Source: Paragordius varius
Lineage: Eukaryota > Animalia > Nematomorpha
Reading direction: 5' to 3'
DNA length: 64,000 bases
Assembly (NCBI GenBank): GCA_964247055.1
Contig: OZ176056.1
Coordinates: 4,898,001-4,962,000, forward strand
Shown: positions 54,501 to 64,000 of the stretch, piece after piece
How the letters are laid out: each line of letters starts with the position of its first letter
How positions within the stretch are numbered: position 1 is the stretch's first letter
Program-made: the position numbers and the translations under genes
The notes under the pieces: model-generated
What the model was told of the DNA's origin: nothing
Database searches by the model: none
Seen by the model: only the letters and a program-made list of their open reading frames with translations

Positions 54501-57500
54501 CATTTTGATTGTTCATATCAAGCAAACTATTCATGAGCGTACGTGTAGTGGCACTTGAAACTATGAATGCGTATTGCAAAAAAATAATACATTATATTAT
54601 TTTTAAATAAATTTCAATTATATTCTAAAAAATCTGAAAATAAATAAGATTGAGAAAGATTGGTTTTCAATTTAATTCAAAATTAAAAGGTTGCAAATTC
54701 ACTTCTAAAAAAACATTATTATGGTTTTCCATTATTGCGTTCAATTTTTGTATTTTCGGTTTCTTTTTTCGATATTTTAGCTGAGTTTTTTTTATAAAAT
54801 ATAAAAAAATATAGCCTTTGAGAAACAAATAATCCATAAAAATTAGTAAAACACTAAATTTTCTTTAAAGTTATAGGTTAACATGTATTAAGTTAATTAG
54901 GGAGCAGTTTGGAAATTGTTTCTGAAAAATTTAGGTATCAAAACCTGCTTTACTTTAATTTTTAATATAAAAAAACACATGTAAAAAATATTCTTAATTT
55001 TTAATATTTTACAAATACTATATTTTGTTGTTATTTTCGCTTATATATGTTTCATTTTAAACATACAAAAATTATATTATCAAATATTTTATATAAACTG
55101 CTATTGTTAAAGAGCATATTTTTAGAATGAGTTAAATTATCTTAATAATTAAATATTATGATAGAACACTTAAAACTATTGATTTGATTTAAACGTTAAA
55201 AAGTCAGATTATGAAACCATTGTTTCGCCTAAGAGTTAATTCTAATATATTTCCACCATTTTATATATTATTTAGTTCATATATTCTAATTTTCTAATAT
55301 ATCTGCATATTTACCAAATATTGATTATTATATCAAAATGATGTACCGTCCGTATTTATGGAATGAAATTAAATTTAAAAGTTATTTTCTTCTCCGTAAT
55401 ATAATATAGCCAATTGTCATAATTATACCTGCTGTCTGTGAAAGATAGTAAAGGGCTTGGGTTCTCTCTTTATCACAAACGGTCGATTTATAATAAAACT
55501 GCGGTTTGTGTTGTTGTAACGATTTGAGATCATATACTTTATCGTGATTATCTTTATTTTTCACACAGGATGATATAAATATATATTTATATATAATTTA
55601 AACGAAAAAATATGTACATCTAAGTAGTCCCCTCCCTCATAATAACCTTGTTTAAAAAGCGTCTAAAACTAATTTGCTCACGCTTTTAAAATCATAATCG
55701 TTTAAAGTTGAGCACACCTACCCAAAAACTCATTAATAGGATTAGGGAATGCTCATTTATTTACAAATGAAGGGAAATACTTTTAGTCGATTTTAAATTA
55801 ATTATTTTTTCAAATATCCGTAGATTATTTATATTATAATATAATTTAATTATTTAAAAAATACAATTTTATACATATATTTCTATTCAAAAATAGGGTC
55901 AAAATACGTATAATAAGAGCCATGTTATAAATAATTAAGGGGAATCAGTTTACGTAATAGAAAAATCATAAGTAATTTACCTTTATAAGGGTATAATACT
56001 GTAGTATCTTGCTTGGAATGTCTTGTATTAATAAAGTTGTTGTCATTACTAAAACCATTTTTATAAGAACCATGTTCTATCATATGATTACTATTATTGT
56101 TGTTATCATTGAATGACGGTCCACTTTTTTCTAATAAGGGTAAATGGCTATCCCCATTATTTTGTTTTATGTCAACATTTTCTTTTGTTTTTAGCGTACT
56201 GTCATTGATCGAAGTTACATCTTTACCTATAATATTTTGACTTTTTTGTAATAAACTGTTATTATTGGCAAATGATAAATTGCCTTCAGATGAAAAATTG
56301 AGACTTATGGAAGGCCATTTAATGTCATACAAAAATTCCCAATCTGGTGGTTCATCTTCGTATTCATCATCCTTTTCTGGGCTATGTGTGTTAAAAAAAT
56401 AAATTATGAAAAAATATTTAAATATTACAAAAAAAATTTGATTTATCAAAAAAAAATTATTCATATAACATAATAATTGAATTTTGACGGGTCAAAAGAT
56501 AATAATAATAATGGTTAATATATAAAACAAATGCAAAATTAGTTTTATTAAGAAATGCAATCTATTTGGTTAAATTGTGTCGCATACATATTTATAAAAC
56601 TAAAAATTGACAAATGTTTTAGGTAAAGTCCAAGCGTACTTTTATATTATAAATATAAAAATTTAAAAGTGTTATAAATTTTTGCCACCACCATCGAGAC
56701 TTTCACCCTACCCAAAACTTTCTAATGCTAAATTTTTTGTTATCATTATAAGCCAAAATGAATTAATAAATATGATTTCTTTTGCAGACAAATAGATTAT
56801 TTTAAAAGAAATTTATAATTTTTATTATATAACCCCCAAAAATTTGATTAAAACTAGGTACCCCTTTATAGTGGTATCATTAAATAATGATTTTGCCGTT
56901 TTTTGCCGTATTTTGTCCTCTTCCATTTTCATGGCTTTTTTCTTAGATTTTGCACCCAGTGTTGAGGGAAAACCGCCTTTTTCAGTTTCGTTAATAGACT
57001 GCTGCCTTGTTTCAGACGCTAAAAATTCGGTTGGTGGACATAAAAAATGTGTAGTTCCCAATTTGGGTCCTTTGGGTGTAACTGGTACGAAAGCTAGGAA
57101 TTCTAGACAAAAAGTTACAGTTACATAATATCGCTCCTCTGAAAGTAAAAAAAGGATGTAAAATAAAAAAATTTATTATAAAAATATTGGGAATTTTAGG
57201 ATTAATTGTAAATGTTTTACACAAGTTGAATATAATACAAAAAAAGCACATTTCGTGCTTCTCATTTTTAAAACTTGTATTTTACTATAGTGTAACTAAT
57301 AATTAAAACCGGCATTTATATAAAAACAAGACTCCAAATATTAATTTAATTTAGTACATGCTAATTAAAAATTACAAAAAAATACAATTTTGTTTTATGT
57401 GCATGGAAAAAACTTGATATTTTTTCATAAATTATTCATAATTGAAAAAAAAAGTTGACAATAAATTAAATCAAATATAAGTTACTTCGTTTATGTGTCG

Positions 57501-60500
57501 ATTTAGATGAACTGTGAATCAAGGGAGATTCAAAAAATTCAATGGTTACACGTGGGGCATTTCTACCGCCCAATTCAGAATTGGTAGTGGTTGGAGCAGA
57601 TCCTATATATAGACATTTTGAAAAAATATACAACATTTTTGGCACGCTTTATTTGAAAACATATCAAGCTTATTTTAAACCTATAATCATACATTTTTTC
57701 GTATTTAAACATATGTAAAATAGTTTGTTAAAACTAAATTTAATTTTTGGCCCCTAAAAGACTGACCCCTCTCATAAAGAGATTTTTTTAAACGGTGATT
57801 ATAAATTGGTTAGCTAACTAATAATAATCACCATAGACTTTTCCGATTCTTAAATGCTAGTTTTTATGATCTTTCTTTATATGGTGTAAATAATTTAAAT
57901 CTAATTACTTTATGCGTATTTTATAACCCTCTTCGCCCCATAAAAATGTCGGAAAAATGAATTAAAATTTGATCTTATAAAAAAATTATTATGCGGAACA
58001 ATAAGCCATGCATTTGTTACCACAATTTGTAATTTATTAGCAGGAATGTTCTTATTTTAAACGAATCAGGCCAATATATAATATCATACATATAAATTTG
58101 AGCATTTTCACAGAGTGTATTCCCATAATTATAAATTACATATATTTTTTTATGAAATATGTGCCAAGTTTATAATATATTAAAAGTCGAAATTATAGAT
58201 ACAAACGCCAAAACTATAAGACAAATTTTATGTAAAACTAGTATATTCTTATAAAAAACCCATATTTATCAATATAACTCATTGTTTTGCAGAATAAAGA
58301 ATGATATAATAATAATTCACCTCAATTTAAAATAGTAATTTTAAAGTTTATGTGAGAAAAATTAAAGTTGTAAAAAGTAATATGGTTGGTTGTCTTTTTT
58401 ATACACTTTGTCTGTAAATATTCGATTTTAGTGTGATATTACCCAAGTATTCTTCACCCTGGGGTGCACGGGCATCCCAATCAATCTTTTCAAGCGTTTG
58501 TGCCAAAAATTCGTATTCGCTTTGTGGAAATAGATATCTAAAATTTTAGATCAAGAAAAATTCACTATAAAAAATGATATAAAACGTAATGAATATATAT
58601 ATGTTTTAAATTCTAACAAAATCATCATCATTGGTTGAAACTGAATTGGGAATAAATCCGTAAAAGTTGTTTTCAAAACCAAAATTTATGCAAGAAATCA
58701 AAAGATAAAACTTTCATAGACGGGCATTTAAAATTGTATCAAACAACAAAAAGTTGTCGGTATGAAAAATCTAATTGTAGTTATAATTAAAAAAGCATTT
58801 AAGTAGCGCACTATTTAACACACTTCATCTAAAAAGTTATAATTTGTTAAAATTCATGGATTCAAACTAATCAACTAGTTAACCTGTTATCGACTACAAA
58901 TGTAATTATAATTAATTCAATTTTAAAATTTTAATTTTTTTCAAACAATAGTCTCAATATTTTCTATTTTTTTCAAGAATAAACAGGGATCATAAATGGC
59001 TAAGTGTTTATTTAAAAAATTAATGTCATCCAAGCCTAAGAATATAAAAATTAATATTGTAATTAGAAATGAACTTTTTACTCAATACATTACCATTAAC
59101 TCTATTTCTTATTGGGATCAAAATTTATCCATACTAAATCTGTATTATATTGATGGATAGGTCTCAAAACCAAAGTAAAAATAAAATTTAACGCCATAAT
59201 AATTATGATACCTTGTACCAAATCGATCAATGAGAAATGTTAGGAGATCGGAGGCTGCCTTAAACCTATTCAGGTCCGTCATAACTGGAACCGTTTTAGC
59301 GGAAGATGATAGGTGAGGACCTAACAAACTCGGCCCGACACTTACCCCTAAACTTTGTGCACAAATGAATATGCATTCTTTCAGGGAGGCCTCTTTGGTA
59401 TTCAGCAGTGATTCTGTCCAAGTATCAGGGTAAAAAATTAAAAATAACAATACTAAAATCGAAAATTTTGACGTACATTTTTAGAAAAACTATATAACAA
59501 TGATGCATTTTTTACCCAAAAAAAGAGAAGCAAAATATGTTTCCGACAAAAACATGTATATGATTAAATATGCGCTCAAATTACGCTTTATTGTGAAACC
59601 TAAGTTGAAAAACGCATAAATATGCGTGAATGATTAAACATTTACACTTAAATTTACCCTTTTTATGATACCTAAATAGAAAATATTTAATTAAAAACAC
59701 ACACACAAATGATAAATATTCAGCGCTCAAGTCGTTGCAAAAAAATCCAAAATAATAATATTTGTTATTAACAAACTAATTCCAATGATGCCTCTTTTGT
59801 ACATAAGAGTGATCCTGATGAAATATAAACCCAAGAAAAACGGTTATTGCGGTCCCGTTTTTAAAAAACCTCACCTAAGTTTTTTAAAAACTAATAATGA
59901 TTCGACTGAACGTTTTATTTATATCTAATTATTTTTGCTTTTATTAAAATTATTCTTATATTACTACAAATTTCACCTTATAATAAATGGGTGAAAATTA
60001 TTAAAAAAAAATTTTATATCCACTTTTTTTTAATAAAAAAAAGTATACTTTTCTTCAGAATTGGGGTAAGGGATTCAGCCTCGGCCAAAAGTTTCGTTAA
60101 TTCTGACGCAGTTTTTTCTGACTCTTGTGAACTAGAGACCAATTTCTAAAAAAATATATATTGTTTTTTTTGTATAAAAAATATCAATGATGAAAACAAT
60201 CAAATAATATATAGTTAAAATAAATGATAATCTTTTTATACAGTTAAAATAAATGATAGCGAAATATAAAAATAAATATTGTGTTTTTTTTATTTCATTA
60301 ACTTAAGCTTGCGCACTTAAAAAATATGAAACAATTATAATCTGTGGATCAAATGGATTATAAAAGGCATAATTTCTAAAAAAATTATTTTTACACATAA
60401 GAGGGTAGGGAATTATTGTATTTAAAATATGATTAAAAAATATACAGTAACGAGAGCAATTTTATTGGCTGCTTTGGTGTTTTAATTGAAAAAGGAATAC

Positions 60501-62322
60501 ATCCATGTTGGGCATTAGATTTTTTATTTTCATAAGTTACATTAAAATTATTGTCAAGTTCCCATTTAATTTTTAGATTAATAACATCAATCATATATGT
60601 AAATAAAAGTTAAAAAATACCAACAAACATAATTAAACTTATTTTTAATTAAAATACCAAAATAGCCAATAATGTTACTCTCTTAAAATATTTTTTTTAT
60701 ATCAAACAAATTTTTTACATCAATATCTTGTTCCAATGCAGTTGACATGCCAGTTGTATGCTCAAACATGGTCGTAACCATTGGTTGATTCTTATTTTTT
60801 TCTATATAAGGAGAATAAAGGATGAAAACGAATATCCTATAATAATATCATTTTATAAAAAGGAACATATATCGAAATCAATAATTATGAAAAAAGACAA
60901 ATAATAAAAATATCATATAAATCATTTTTATGAATATGAATAAATTTCGCTCTACTGTGTTAACACTTCAATTAAACCATTACTAAATATGATCGGATAT
61001 GTTAATATATAATCTGTGTTTTATTTATAATCTTTTTTTTCTATTTCGTTAATATGGAAAATTTGGAAATGATGATAATCGAAACTAAATTATTTATTTT
61101 CCTCACTTTTTTTCAACATAATCGTATATATTAAACAAATTGTGTACTTATCAGTATAAAACCATCAATATACATAACAAAAAATATGTATTTTAATAAA
61201 TTAAAAATAAATTTACACCTGTAACTACAAGATTTTCAAGCATCATTTCTATCGTATTGTCAGCTGTACTACCCATTATTTCAGGCGAATCAAAAGTGGA
61301 AACATTAGTATCTGCTCCCTTTTGTGTGTTACTTAACAATCCAACATCATGGTTGTTGGAACTTAAGTTAGTATTGTCACCAATTTGAGGGGCGATTGTT
61401 GTCGTGTTTGCCTTAATCAAATAATTTTGTCGGTAATGTATATGTCCACGCACGATAGAGATCCATTTAAGCGTCCCCAAAAACAGGCAAAGAAAATGTT
61501 GTCTGGGTAAACTTAAGCCTGAGATAAGGCTAAACCATATATATGTATATACATATAAAATAATTATTAAATGAATGAAATTTTTTTTATTTAAACATAT
61601 ATTTGTCATATTCGTTTAACTTGAAGAATATAAAGGAAATTTAAATATAGAGATCCACAGTGTAAAAAGGTAATAGTAATGTAAAAAGATAATATTTATT
61701 AAATTCAAGAAAAAGTAAATTTAAAATATATAAAGATCCACAGTTTAAAGGACGCTAAAAAGTTAGAAAATAATTGTTGCTATTAAATAAAGAGACTTTC
61801 TCTTTAATTATAAGAGCTAATTAAGGGTATAAAATAAATTTAAATTTTTAAATTATTAGTTTATTTATCGAATGTACACTAATTCAATTTTTTAAAACCT
61901 TTATATTCCTTGCAAAACTTTTATTTAACATAGGAAATTATTATAAAGAGTAAACTAATTTTCATTACGGCCCAGTGTCTTTAAACTTGTAAAAAGAATA
62001 AACCAATGTAGCGTGCAGACAATGTTGAGGTAATTAAACAACTCTAATTATATCGACTTTACAAAGACAAAAAGATCAAATATCCGTGGTTAAGACCTAC
62101 GAAAAAAACTGATTACCTTTATACCTTTTGACTTATCACAACAACTCCAATTTAAAAAAAGAACATTGATTTTTTCCATTATATTATAATATTTTTAGTT
62201 AATTACTCTTTAATTTGATCACATGATTCCAGGGGGTGTTGTGTTAAATCATCAGCCAATCCAAACAATATTTTTTCATTCTCGATGCCAAAAAAGCCAC
62301 CCGGTAATTTTTGAAGGAATAA
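42553..62322 (-). CDS. Large RhoGAP-domain protein (RhoGAP102A-like by recalled motifs), 5'-incomplete
   Basis: GT-AG exons (minus): 62322-62207/62223, 61518-61219, 60801-60719, 60145-60049, 59413-59212, 58537-58443, 57602-57486, 57138-56862, 56381-55981, 55551-55429, 54560-54435, 54084-53866, 52737-52535, 52226-52127, 52046-51892, 51253-51070, 50303-49754, 49154-48931, 48628-48083, 47754-47623, 46885-46669, 46519-46416, 46144-45547, 44635-44490, 43971-43867, 43454-43253, 42580-42553 (TGA). From 61518 onward every junction is phase-consistent. RhoGAP-like segments: LFLQKLPGGFFG, LPRQHFLCLFLGTLKWIS, AQSLGVSVGPSLL, DLNRFKAASDLLTFLIDRFG. The rest is a long S/T/N-rich low-complexity tail. The first junction and the terminal exon are less certain, and the arginine-finger exon was not found. 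Confidence 0.75.
44750..44890. mobile_element. Partial copy of the CAGTATGCATTTT MITE family (intronic)
   Basis: TAGTATGCATTTTAATGATTGCTTATTTCAAACTATAGTAGGG...CTTACACTCCTGTGTTGTAAATTGCC matches 45327-45509; the right TIR is truncated. Confidence 0.7.
45327..45509. mobile_element. 183-bp MITE with ~60-bp TIRs (intronic)
   Basis: Left CAGTATGCATTTTAATAGTTGCTTATTTCACACTTTAGTAGGGAAATTTGCTAACACAGTAG vs reverse complement of right CAATATGCATTTTAATGGTTGCTTATTTTACACTATAGTATGGCAATTTGCAACACAGGAG. The CAGT start after TA suggests Tc1/pogo origin, but the TSD is not perfect. Confidence 0.8.
52252..52470. mobile_element. Third copy of the same MITE family, almost fully palindromic (intronic)
   Basis: TAGTATGCATTTTAAAGG..TATTTCACACTATAGTTGGGCAATTCGTAACACAGTAG ... 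TACTGTGTTGCGAATTACCCAACTATAGTGTAAAATAAGCAACCATTAAAA. Confidence 0.78.
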
Positions 62323-63879
62323 CTATTATATATATAAATTATTTAGATTCTAATGAATTTATATACGAAAAATGCATAACAAACAGTTTTTATAGTGATT
62401 ATTGATTTTTTTAGTAAAATTACTAAAAGACACAAAATTAAAACAATAAAGAGAAGACAATACTCTATGCGACCAAACTACTGTAATATTTTCAACCAAA
62501 GCAGTGAAATATACGTTTGTTTAAAAACCGTCTTAACTTACAATGTTAGTTTTATTGTTTTACTATGTCTAAAAAGTCAATAACCCTACTTTCCTTTTTA
62601 ATAAAAACAAACCAATTATATAATTATATATTAGGAAACAAATTTATCCTCCTTTATTTTTTGGAAAGTCTAAAAAAGTATAAATTGAATAATAAATTTA
62701 ACCAAAGTCATAGTTATAAAAGATCTAAAGAAGATATAGGTATTAAATTTTCTATTTATTAATTAAAATTTATTTTAGTTCTCTGACGTTCCTTTTATTA
62801 TATATATATATATATATATAATATTGTTAAACGTTATTTCCATTAAACAGTTAGTTATATAAAAATGCATTGATTTTTTATATTAAATTCACCATATAAT
62901 AAACACCTAATTGTGAATACAACAGAAAAGTATTGTTGTTAATGTATAAATTCAAAAAAAATTTTTTTTTGATATATAAATCAATAATACAAGAGAGTGT
63001 CACATATTAGAGAGGTAAAAATAAATATAAAAAAAATTTTTTTAGGTGAGGTAAGGTTTAAATCACAAAAGAATGAAATAAAATATAATGGAATGGAGAG
63101 AATAAAAAAATTTATATTTTTAACAGCACGCAAAGTAAGAAAGCAAGCAAATTAATAATTACAAAAATTCTGTCACAATCGCGTTTATTCTAAATATATA
63201 TATTTCAGAGGTAAAAAAATTGTGTTTTGTAACACAAACAATAAAAAACTACTTTTTTTCCTGCCTATGTTTCAAATGATTGTAATAAATTAGAGTATTC
63301 AATACTTTTTAGGTAAAAAATGATTTATTCATACTATACGTGAACTGTTATTAAATAAATTTTTTTAAAAATTTTGAAAAAAATTTCTTTATTCCATATA
63401 TATATATATAAATAAAATTTGTAAAAAATGGTTGGTCGGCATCACAAAGATAAAAGACATAGGAGCCTAAAATTACTAAAAAATGAAAACAATGAAAACA
63501 TTTTCAAAGGTGGATTACATGATCAAGTATTAGTATAAAGTAGAGAAAAAATTAAAAAAAAACTAAAAGTTTTTAAAAGGATTAACCTTGTCGTATTAAG
63601 GTAAGATTTAAAATAATTCGTTTTCTGAATTACTTAAAGCAAACAATTACTAGGTAACCTAAAAAAAATAACCAAGACAAGAGATTTCTTGAAAGTTGGA
63701 ATTATTATTATTTTAGATAAAAAGTAGAGCTAAATTTTCAAAAATATCACATTTCATCTTTACAAAAAGTAGTTGGTTTTGCATGCATTTTCAAATTATA
63801 ATTATATATTAATACATCTGGACATTTATTATTACTATTATGAATTAAAAGCTTTTTACCTATACAAAAACCAAACCAA

Positions 63880-63918
<39 letters not shown>

Positions 63919-64000
63919 TATATATATATTTTCAATAATCCCCATATTCAATAGTGTCGCGTCAAACTAAAAAAGATTACATAACTTAAAAATAATATAT

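Noticed and set aside
45553-57128. Plus-strand ORFs 45553..45813, 51782..52060, 53778..54092, 56844..57128 (and minus ORFs 25545..25811, 31645..31833, 33579..33782)
   Set aside because: They are antisense shadows of real exons, with no independent splice or homology support.
63751-63859. Further upstream RhoGAP exon (KKLLIHNSNNKCPDVLIYNYNLKMHAKPTTFCKDE)
   Set aside because: It has a plausible acceptor and donor, but ends in phase 2 while exon 62322 starts in phase 0. No linking exon or RhoGAP motif was found, so it is not included in the model.

Overview
Very AT-rich eukaryotic (invertebrate-animal-like) genomic DNA with spliceosomal GT-AG introns; no prokaryotic features, rRNA, intact tRNA or CRISPR. 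Two long multi-exon genes lie tail-to-tail. The first is a Spalt/SALL-family C2H2 zinc-finger gene on + (9 phase-consistent coding exons, 24761-35216, ~1366 aa, 7 fingers). The second is a large RhoGAP-domain gene on - (27 exons reconstructed by hand, ~62322 to ~42553, ~1880 aa visible; its 5' part, including the arginine finger, was not located and probably lies at or beyond the right edge). The first ~24.5 kb contain no host gene and carry decayed transposons: a Ty3/Gypsy remnant interrupted by an hAT element with a perfect 8-bp TSD, a Mos1-like mariner with both TIRs, MITEs, a tRNA-derived SINE candidate and (TA)n tracts. Spalt intron 3 holds an RTE LINE fragment and a second mariner. Between the two genes is a young 1.68-kb foldback element with ~600-bp near-perfect inverted arms carrying 21-bp minisatellite arrays, inserted in a (TA)n tract. 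I cannot demonstrate a new multi-gene system. The best leads are the foldback element, a stop-containing alternative 5' splice site in spalt, the rearranged Spalt finger repertoire, a ~150-aa insertion and a duplicated micro-exon inside the RhoGAP domain, and WH2/RVxF and LIR-like motifs in the RhoGAP tail. All gene models, family calls and percent identities were made by eye without database searches.
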